Of a stretch of 64,000 bases of DNA, positions 54,801 through 64,000 are shown in pieces. Position 1 is the first letter of the stretch. The number at the start of each line of letters is the position of its first letter. Source of the stretch: a virus (lineage: Duplodnaviria; Heunggongvirae; Uroviricota; Caudoviricetes); the IMG/VR virus record IMGVR_UViG_2861069343_000001; one strand, written 5' to 3'. Under the pieces are notes generated by a model. The model searched no databases. It was not told where the DNA came from and saw only the letters and a list, made by a program, of their open reading frames with translations. The position numbers were made by a program, and so were the translations under genes.

Positions 54801-57800
54801 GATAGGTGATCCGGCGATAGTACAGGTCCATGTCAGTACATACGCGGTCCATATCCCTGATTATTGAGAAGATCGGACGGGCTTTCTCGTGCTCAATCAC
54901 GCCGTCTTCATTGACCGAGGTCGTTACGCCATTGTTGGCTTTGGCCGCCGCTTCCGCCTGCTGACGCAATTCTTCATACGCCGCCAGTTGTTCTTCAGTA
55001 AGTGGTGCATCCTGCTGGTGTTCGTCCAGCTCCGGGATCTCCACGGTATCCTTAACGTCTTCCGCCGTTTTAAGCGTTACCCAGCGATGGAATATACCGC
55101 GCAGCGCATCAAGGTTTTCAAAGCCCATCAGCGCCATTTTTTCTTCAACTTCACCGCTAATTTTCTGTACCGTTTCCAGCCTGGTCTTGCCGAAGAATTT
55201 AACGAAGTCATCAGGACCGTAGATCCCCATGTTCTGCCAGTATTCCTTCGGCAGAACATGAGAAAGCATGTTGTATGCATCGATCGGGGTGTTAACGACT
55301 GGCGTTGCAGTCAGGAGAACCGGCCCGCGCCCGCCATTCTTTTTCATCAGGTACGCGTTTTTAATTGCCATATCTCGCGCCGATTGCGCCACCGCGCTGG
55401 TGGGCAGATAGGCCAGTTGTGACGCTTCGCGACCATTTTTATAGCTATTGCGGTAGTTGTGACCTTCGTCAGCGATCACACTATCGAAGCCCATATCCTC
55501 AAAGTACGGATACTTCTCTGCTTTTTCGGTGCCGGTATCTGAATACTCCGACAATACCCGGCGACGCGCGGCCTCTTTGCGGTGGGAGTCGGAGTCCATT
55601 GCGCTGGCTACGCGTCCGGCGGCAACGAAGTCATAAAGCATATCCTGTGCATGCTCATCTACGGTGTCATCACGTAGCGGAATGCGGGCGTATTGTTCTT
55701 TGGTAAACACGACTGCACGGTAATTTGAGTGCGGGATCGCGTTCATCCGCGCCGTGATAGTGGCTTCATCTGCCAGTTTTAGGGCATCGCGCATAACTGG
55801 AGTGCCATCAGTACCAAGAACAGGTTTACCGTTCTCATCGAGCACCGGCACCTGGCGAATCTGATCGCCATCCATCAGCACATCAAGACCGACGAACAGG
55901 TAGTTACTGAATGCCTCTTCACTCAGGAATTCTTTTGCTTCGTAATACCAGTTTTCCAGCACTGATTTAGGCACTACATACGCAGTACGGGTGGAGCGAC
56001 CGTTCTCATAGTTGAACGCCTCAAGCGCCAGCGCGGTCGTGGTTTTACCCAGCCCGGTGCCGAAGCCCAGGATGCCGCGCCCATCTTCGGACAGTCGGCG
56101 CACCTCGCTATTCTGGTAATCAAATGGCTGGCGCTTACCGCTTAATCCCTTCAACCCAAGCGGATCGCCAGAGTGTTCATACGGGATATTGCTATTGAAC
56201 ACATCGTTGTATTTGGCAACCAGCTCATCGTAGCGATCGTGCGTCTTGATCCACTTATTGAACTGGTCCTCAAGCAGTGCCATCTGCTCGCGGTAGCCGT
56301 TCGCCGTCGCGCTATCTTTGCCACCGATACGCGCACCATTGAGATACTTTTCCAGCTGTGCCGGGAACCCGGTCGCGTTTTCACCTGATTTACGGTCCCA
56401 CTCGTAGCGGATCTCGCCTGTTTCTTTATCCTTACGCTGGACGACACCGTATCGGTGCCCGACGAACAGACCATCACCACCGTGATAGGTGTCAGAAACC
56501 ATTTCGTCGCCTTCCAGCTGCACTGACTGCACATAGCGCAGATCCGGATAGCCGTTTTCCTGCAAAAATTCCAGAATGACGGAACGGTCGAACCAACGGC
56601 TATTGAGCTTAAACCGGATATTCTCTGCTGGCGTCTTGATGCGCTTCTCTTCGATCGCTGCCAGCTGATTAAGGACGTTGTTCTTTACTGGACCGTCGGG
56701 GAGCGTGGCGAGGAATTCCTGTTTTGGAGCCACTATCTCGTTAATGTCGCCGCTGGTGGCGCGGGCGAACGGAACAATCCCGCCATACGGTGAAACCGCA
56801 ATGCCAGGGGTGCTGGCCAATAAATTAAGCAACTCGTCATCACTGGCTGGCAGTTCGCCGGTAAACGCAAGGCGGAAATCATCGAGCTGGATTGGATCGC
56901 GAGTGAGATCACTGTAGAGATAACGCAGGGTGTCCTGATAGCTGGTAGAGTCATAACTGGCGCTGGAATCATGCGTAACCAGTTTTCCTGTCAGCTCGTC
57001 AGAAATAGTGCCATCCAGCTTAATTGCACCACGGAAAGCAAACCAGGCGCGCGCACCGCTCCCCGATAATTTCGCTATCGGACCGCGACCGGGGTTACCA
57101 AAACGGTCAATCTCTGCCTGCAAACGGGATACCAGAGAAAGGCGCTGCTGTTCGATTTGTTCAGCACTATGCCCGGCGGCCTTCATATCCTGATATTCAA
57201 TTAACATCCGGCCAATCATCGCTCCACGATACAAGCGTTCACGGTATTTTTCAGGCTGGCTGTTAATCCAGTCCACCAGCTGCACCATATCGTCGCTGAT
57301 TGATGTGGTGTACTTATCGCGGACATTTGCCATCTGGGTAAATGTCATACCGAGACGGCCTTCTGTTGTAGTCAGGTTACGCTGAAGAGCCTCCCAGCTA
57401 TCCGCGCCATAACTGGCAACCTCAATCTTCAGCTCCTTCCCGGCATCAGCTTCAATCCAGCGACCACCAGCATATTTTTGCCATACGCCATTAATCAGGC
57501 GCATTTCCCCTTCATCAACAACATCTGCGGTCGGTGACGGTTCAGCCATATCGAGCAAAGACCAGTCGATACGGCTTTCGAAACGATGAATCAGCTTCGC
57601 TTTAAGAGCCTGGTTATCAATCTGACCGTCGGCACGAACCTCAATACGCCCCTGGAAGCCCTTTTCCTGGGTGCCATGAACAAACCGGCGGCCATCCTTT
57701 TCAAACCACTTGCCAGAAATAAACGTTGGCCAAAGCACATTTGCCGATTCAAGAGTGCTCTCATCCACCAGGGGGATTTTCTCAGCCATCTCCGCCGGAT

Positions 57801-58623
57801 GTTTGCGCATCAGCACCACGTCAACGACCGTACTGGTCCCGTTTGCGTCAAAAGTACCGGTAGGCAAGCGGTGGGCACCAAGAAATTCAGCTTTACGGGA
57901 TAGGCGCAGGCGTAACCGCTTCATGTTTGAACCTGAAACAATGGACGGCGGCACAATCACGCACATGAATCCGCCAGGCTTTATCTTGTCCAACATGCGG
58001 AGCATGAAGTAAGACCCCATGTCCGTTTCTTCTGCGTAAGGCTTATCGATGTTGCGTGTGTTATCACGACCGCCGAACGGAACGTTACCCACAACATGGT
58101 CGAATGAATCGTTAGGCGTGCTTACAGCCAGTTGTTCGAACGGGGAAATTTGTACGCTGTCTTCCGGATGTAACAGCTGGTTTATACGACCGGAAACACT
58201 GCTGATCTCAGTCGCGGTCATCACCGTACCAACCGGTTTTGTCTCATTAAAAACGCCGGTTCCCGCCGATGGTTCCAGAGTGTTACCTACGTCCGCGCCG
58301 TAGAGCTTCATGATCTCCCAGACACCTTCAGCGATCGGCTTTGGTGTGTAATATTCGGAGACGGACCCGCCAATGCCGCCTTCACCGGTGTACCCAGCCA
58401 GGATCTGGCGCTGTTCATCTGTCAGTGTCGCGCCGTCCACCAGCGAATTAAGCAAATCTATCGCCTTCTGATTCGCCTCACGGCGCAGTCGGTCATAGCT
58501 TTTGCCTTCCACCTTTTCCACGCCGTATTTAATCGGCGCTCGGTGAGATGTTATTGCCCTAATGTATTTCAATATTTCGCTGACACTTGAACAGCGAAAC
58601 ACTCCCATAGATAGCTTGTTCAT
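51856..58623 (-). CDS. darB: DarB-like antirestriction protein (methyltransferase plus helicase domains)
   Basis: 2255 aa; N-terminal MTase-like VGNVPFGG, helicase motifs (GFGTGLGKT, DEGHNYRN); size matches P1 DarB as I recall. Confidence 0.85.
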   Translation of the reverse strand: MNKLSMGVFRCSSVSEILKYIRAITSHRAPIKYGVEKVEGKSYDRLRREANQKAIDLLNSLVDGATLTDEQRQILAGYTGEGGIGGSVSEYYTPKPIAEGVWEIMKLYGADVGNTLEPSAGTGVFNETKPVGTVMTATEISSVSGRINQLLHPEDSVQISPFEQLAVSTPNDSFDHVVGNVPFGGRDNTRNIDKPYAEETDMGSYFMLRMLDKIKPGGFMCVIVPPSIVSGSNMKRLRLRLSRKAEFLGAHRLPTGTFDANGTSTVVDVVLMRKHPAEMAEKIPLVDESTLESANVLWPTFISGKWFEKDGRRFVHGTQEKGFQGRIEVRADGQIDNQALKAKLIHRFESRIDWSLLDMAEPSPTADVVDEGEMRLINGVWQKYAGGRWIEADAGKELKIEVASYGADSWEALQRNLTTTEGRLGMTFTQMANVRDKYTTSISDDMVQLVDWINSQPEKYRERLYRGAMIGRMLIEYQDMKAAGHSAEQIEQQRLSLVSRLQAEIDRFGNPGRGPIAKLSGSGARAWFAFRGAIKLDGTISDELTGKLVTHDSSASYDSTSYQDTLRYLYSDLTRDPIQLDDFRLAFTGELPASDDELLNLLASTPGIAVSPYGGIVPFARATSGDINEIVAPKQEFLATLPDGPVKNNVLNQLAAIEEKRIKTPAENIRFKLNSRWFDRSVILEFLQENGYPDLRYVQSVQLEGDEMVSDTYHGGDGLFVGHRYGVVQRKDKETGEIRYEWDRKSGENATGFPAQLEKYLNGARIGGKDSATANGYREQMALLEDQFNKWIKTHDRYDELVAKYNDVFNSNIPYEHSGDPLGLKGLSGKRQPFDYQNSEVRRLSEDGRGILGFGTGLGKTTTALALEAFNYENGRSTRTAYVVPKSVLENWYYEAKEFLSEEAFSNYLFVGLDVLMDGDQIRQVPVLDENGKPVLGTDGTPVMRDALKLADEATITARMNAIPHSNYRAVVFTKEQYARIPLRDDTVDEHAQDMLYDFVAAGRVASAMDSDSHRKEAARRRVLSEYSDTGTEKAEKYPYFEDMGFDSVIADEGHNYRNSYKNGREASQLAYLPTSAVAQSARDMAIKNAYLMKKNGGRGPVLLTATPVVNTPIDAYNMLSHVLPKEYWQNMGIYGPDDFVKFFGKTRLETVQKISGEVEEKMALMGFENLDALRGIFHRWVTLKTAEDVKDTVEIPELDEHQQDAPLTEEQLAAYEELRQQAEAAAKANNGVTTSVNEDGVIEHEKARPIFSIIRDMDRVCTDMDLYYRRITYRFLPEYADAVQQLADSLPKQATSEDDDSDDSITQQSQYSLIDKGEFIQLQVPEAFEQEVNKRLARFGIDEQTVTHPVTPKYAKLIATLKEFFPEGKQIIFTDEKTQHQKLKRIICNALNLEPSKVGILNAQTVAEAGKTGKKLKAVKPPKELPDEPTDAQIAKYNEQMALYDAYIAQQNEMSLGGLEKIAADFQEGRTPIIICNKKAEVGINLHRGTTDIHHLTLPWTPASIAQRNGRGARVGSNRASVRVHYYCGKGSFDEYRLKTLKRKAGWISDILRSDKSEMENADANDMIEMQMYTAKDDGERLAMMQVQMDKAKAAKRARQKEQATIDLQNYIKAQHAAGEDVEVLTAELERSKAELEKTTAEVAKFKQAAMAKAADNADWKARWGSVHHTDRMLLAQYRASLKSAIQRKANISQAISRYEKLLNRTQKAATDIKRLRPLVEDAINKGILDVDPDLVNHANEFLVIGDRSWRVGQYYDCAGDIVRIKSLDFDSQRADVEIIFTLRGTKSGNWDVKTLDKQVDVTPDEDAVMQKISGGVSIAGINDIISCDDFYRFQQRGMIKITDSYGVQTTESGYSIDFVGTYTDPLKHAVYPDRRDGALKSSIAKWVLGMMSEGNNRQIRSAETFLVELFGSNYGDVIASYGDTLSPEAIQEKIADAIAKMPEKTSQGATRNGDSELEVTNAIFGTHEFRASDYEITTAQFGTIGIYSNKAEIKQAMDAANARIAAEREANLNHAVAALTQSWVTAIREAATTGKITPAIADVVNAGSKFMDAYQMDAVQLPSAYGQLSYRMTYNLVSMFSDLAILGLVDLNEVTPELLSMRKNHVEILQRINTVLAGRTDEEKQADADRINLALGNITEEEIAARNEKQEELSSIQGDATSIAQSLGLNYRVSTADLKMMYAPKFAAGEVFGLQEASGMKGVLFRAKDAIKAKFGARWLPAKAKNSDFPGNWWIIETKHNVADVLAVIQQYA

Positions 58624-58690
58624 TGGTAATCCTTAACAAGTGACTAGTGTTAAATTTCCGTTCAAACACGATACGAATTATTCTAATTAA

Positions 58691-61421
<2,731 letters not shown>

Positions 61422-61465
61422 CCACCAAAAATAACCCCGGCGAGTGCCGGGGTTCTCGTTAACTA

Positions 61466-61720
61466 TTATCGACTTCGCCTGCGTGCCATATATTTGCGCA
61501 CCGCGCGGCGTGGACAATCTGAAGCGGTTTCTTTCTGCTGCATCAATCTCGCGGCCATGCTCAAAAATGTCAGGCACAGCCGAAGCCCGGCATACAATAG
61601 CGGTTCCAGTGGCCACGTTTCATTAAGCACATATACCGCCATGAAAATCGAGTCGAAAACTATCGCTGCCAGCGATAACTTCATTGTCGAAAGTCTGCGG
61701 AGCTGCCGGAGTTTATTCAT
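61466..61720 (-). CDS. small membrane protein downstream of lysozyme
   Basis: 84 aa with a hydrophobic segment and basic C-terminus; overlaps the lysozyme gene end. Confidence 0.35.
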   Translation of the reverse strand: MNKLRQLRRLSTMKLSLAAIVFDSIFMAVYVLNETWPLEPLLYAGLRLCLTFLSMAARLMQQKETASDCPRRAVRKYMARRRSR

Positions 61721-62270
61721 TGACCAGTCCCGTCAGGCAAAGCTGGCGTTCTTTTTCACGGCGAATCTTTAAACCTCGCAGGGGCACGCCGTTACTGTTC
61801 ACAAAATCAGGGAGATGGTTACACATATTCACCCATTCCCCTTTCTGCGCCCACTTGTGGATGGACGTTTCGACTCGCATGCCTCGCGCTTTGCTGTAGT
61901 AGGTCCGTAAGCTATTGCATCCCATATTGAATGCCGCGCTTGTCATTGCACTAAAGGCATTATCGGGCATGTCTTTGCCCCGGAAGTGCTGATTAATACA
62001 GCGTTCAGCGATCAGGATATTCTTTTCCCAATCAGCGGCGATTTGCTGGTCGGTTTTTCGCACACCCGGCGTTACCCCGTGTGTATTACCGATCCCGTCA
62101 GTCCATACCCCCGCCGGGCACATGTATGGATCACGTCGGCAACCTTCAGCGTTACCAATCAGCTCAAGCCCCGCCTGGTTGGTTCGCACATTGCCATTAC
62201 CCATTACGATGGTAATCATCACCGCGATAGCGCAAATTGCACCGCCTCCTGCGGCTGTTTTTCCCTTCAT
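61713..62270 (-). CDS. lyz: phage lysozyme
   Basis: 185 aa; N-terminal hydrophobic signal-anchor-like segment followed by GLELIGNAEGCRRDPY...GVWTDGIGNTHG lysozyme motifs. Confidence 0.8.
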   Translation of the reverse strand: MKGKTAAGGGAICAIAVMITIVMGNGNVRTNQAGLELIGNAEGCRRDPYMCPAGVWTDGIGNTHGVTPGVRKTDQQIAADWEKNILIAERCINQHFRGKDMPDNAFSAMTSAAFNMGCNSLRTYYSKARGMRVETSIHKWAQKGEWVNMCNHLPDFVNSNGVPLRGLKIRREKERQLCLTGLVNE

Positions 62271-62402
62271 AAAGACCTCATAAGCGAATTTTTACGCTCC
62301 AGGACAAACACCCATTCACAGCCAATACCGACTGACTCGATCCCTTTAGAAGGCACAGGATAATGCAAATCACTTGTTAGCTACGTTTCAAAGATATACA
62401 TT

Positions 62403-62419
62403 ATTGCTCTAATCATTTT
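62403..62419. promoter_or_regulatory. C1-operator-like site upstream of ssb
   Basis: attgctctaatcatttt. Confidence 0.5.
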
Positions 62420-62438
62420 ATTTTATTAGGTAAGATAA

Positions 62439-62927
62439 GTGGCACAACGCGGTGTAAACAAAGTCATCCTGATTGGTACCCTGGGGCAAGACCCGGAGAT
62501 CAGGTATATACCAAATGGCGGAGCGGTCGGAAGACTAAGCATCGCAACAAATGAATCATGGCGCGACAAGCAAACGGGCCAACAGAAAGAGCAAACAGAA
62601 TGGCATAGAGTCGTTTTGTTCGGGAAACTTGCTGAAATTGCGAGTGAGTATTTACGAAAAGGTTCTCAGGTCTACATCGAAGGGAAACTTAAAACCCGTA
62701 AGTGGACAGATGACGCCGGTGTAGAACGTTACACGACGGAAATTATCGTCAGCCAGGGCGGCACCATGCAAATGATCGGCGCTCGCCGTGACGATTCACA
62801 GTCCTCAAATGGCTGGGGGCAATCGAACCAACCTCAAAACCACCAGCAATACAGTGGTGGCGGTAAACCTCAGAGCAACGCCAATAACGAACCTCCAATG
62901 GACTTTGACGACGATATTCCGTTTTAG
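62439..62927 (+). CDS. ssb: single-stranded DNA-binding protein
   Basis: 162 aa; OB-fold N-terminus ([15 protein letters not shown]...[12 protein letters not shown]), Gly/Gln-rich tail, acidic C-terminal DFDDDIPF. Confidence 0.9.
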   Translation: MAQRGVNKVILIGTLGQDPEIRYIPNGGAVGRLSIATNESWRDKQTGQQKEQTEWHRVVLFGKLAEIASEYLRKGSQVYIEGKLKTRKWTDDAGVERYTTEIIVSQGGTMQMIGARRDDSQSSNGWGQSNQPQNHQQYSGGGKPQSNANNEPPMDFDDDIPF

Positions 62928-63129
62928 AGTTTATGAGTAAAAAACGACTGAAAGAAAAGCGGTGGTCAAGACGCCGACAAAAGCACGAACTCGCAAACAA
63001 ACGCCAAAGTTGGCAATGGCACGCGCTTTTAACGAATAGAACACCCCGAGATATTGCTTTCGCTGGTGGGAAAACATTCCTAACCAACCTGAAGGCGCAA
63101 TACATCAGTTTTTAAGCAGAGAAAAGACT

Positions 63130-63924
63130 ATGACAGCACAAAATACTAAAACCATTCAATACCGCCTGCGTAATGGCCAGAGTGTAGAAGTGACCATCAA
63201 TAATGATGGTGTACCTGGCGAAAAGGTTTCTATCTCTGATCTGGCTATCGAAAAAACCATCATGTGCCACCTTGGCTTTACTGAAGAAGTGAGCAAAAAG
63301 CATGGTGTAGCTATCTGGCGCACAATGGATACTGGCATGCGCAGATTCATTACTGCTCGTACCCCTGGTATGACCATGATGGACCTCATACAGATTGCGC
63401 CGCTGTTTGAGTGTGAACCTTTGGATGTATTCAGCAATCCAGCTATCTGCCAGCAGTTATATGGTGAGATGAAACTCGCGGTTACCCCCATTGTGCTGCA
63501 TGAAGGATCGCTTGCTGGCGTATGGAAAGTAGAGCGAATTTCAAGCTACATGCCATTCCACATCCATGTCAACGGCGTAATCACAGGTGAAAATCAACCT
63601 GTTTCAGTTACAAAGTCAGACCTCAATCGCGCAATTCTTGAAGCAAGTTGTCGAGTTATCGGCCTGGGCAAACAGTCTTATGTTTCCTTCCCGGCTGGTC
63701 CTGAAGGCCCGGCAGAAATTCTGATTATGGATGCTGATCTGCTCTGGCAAATACAGTTTCTGATTGGCAAAAGCATCATCCGCGCTGAAGAACTCGATCA
63801 GTACATTACCTGCACGATGACGGATGAAGTCAAAAGTGTGGCTATAGCCAATGCCCGGAACCTGTGTCGTGCTGCATTAACAGAACTGCAAGAAAACACT
63901 ACGGAAGAAGTGGAAAGCGATTAA
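63130..63924 (+). CDS. hypothetical protein (isaA-position)
   Basis: 264-aa ORF followed by a strong terminator. Confidence 0.45.
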   Translation: MTAQNTKTIQYRLRNGQSVEVTINNDGVPGEKVSISDLAIEKTIMCHLGFTEEVSKKHGVAIWRTMDTGMRRFITARTPGMTMMDLIQIAPLFECEPLDVFSNPAICQQLYGEMKLAVTPIVLHEGSLAGVWKVERISSYMPFHIHVNGVITGENQPVSVTKSDLNRAILEASCRVIGLGKQSYVSFPAGPEGPAEILIMDADLLWQIQFLIGKSIIRAEELDQYITCTMTDEVKSVAIANARNLCRAALTELQENTTEEVESD

Positions 63925-63929
63925 AAAAA

Positions 63930-63955
63930 ATCCCGCCGATTGGCGGGATTTCTTC
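63930..63955 (+). terminator. intrinsic terminator
   Basis: atcccgcc-gat-tggcgggat hairpin followed by ttcttc. Confidence 0.6.
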
Positions 63956-64000
63956 AATATACGATCTGGTCTACATGATCCCCAAAATCATCGTCGTCAT

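Noticed and set aside
52000-58600. Many 60-177-aa ORFs on both strands within the DarB region
   Set aside because: All lie inside or antisense to the single 2255-aa reading frame, which carries coherent methyltransferase and helicase motifs along its length

Overview
This window reads as a P1-like temperate phage-plasmid; all family assignments below are made by eye from the translations and from recalled P1 biology, with no database search run. The backbone is recognisable from several hallmark modules: a perfect 34-bp loxP site next to a Cre-type tyrosine recombinase, a c1/coi immunity region, pacA (with clustered TGATCA hexamers) and pacB terminase genes, a phd-doc toxin-antitoxin pair, a LexA-boxed humD, a repA-parA-parB plasmid module flanked by 19-bp iterons and a parS-like palindrome, a DnaB-family helicase (ban), three tRNAs, tellurite-resistance-like tci genes, a huge DarB-like methyltransferase/helicase, and portal, protease, lysozyme and SSB genes. 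Many copies of an ATTGCTCTAATAAATTT-like motif (recalled C1 operator consensus) sit in front of operons. Against this backbone, five things stand out. (1) An AT-rich two-gene module (346 aa plus a 169-aa nucleoside 2-deoxyribosyltransferase-like protein) sits between mat and lxc, where I recall P1 carrying its type III res/mod genes; this is my best candidate for an undescribed defence-type system. (2) A roughly 341-aa intein with two LAGLIDADG motifs is inserted exactly in front of the catalytic PCQ cysteine of the C5-methyltransferase half of the bifunctional Dmt. (3) An IS-rich accessory island carries an AT-rich O-antigen-type acyltransferase split by an IS2 copy with a 5-bp target duplication, alongside a decayed IS1-family element and an IS3-family remnant. 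(4) AT-rich genes of unknown function are cut by the left window edge. (5) Paralogous structured repeat elements and a tRNA-like minihelix lie between tRNA-Thr and tciA. Gene names taken from P1 and all size comparisons to P1 are from memory and should be confirmed by alignment.
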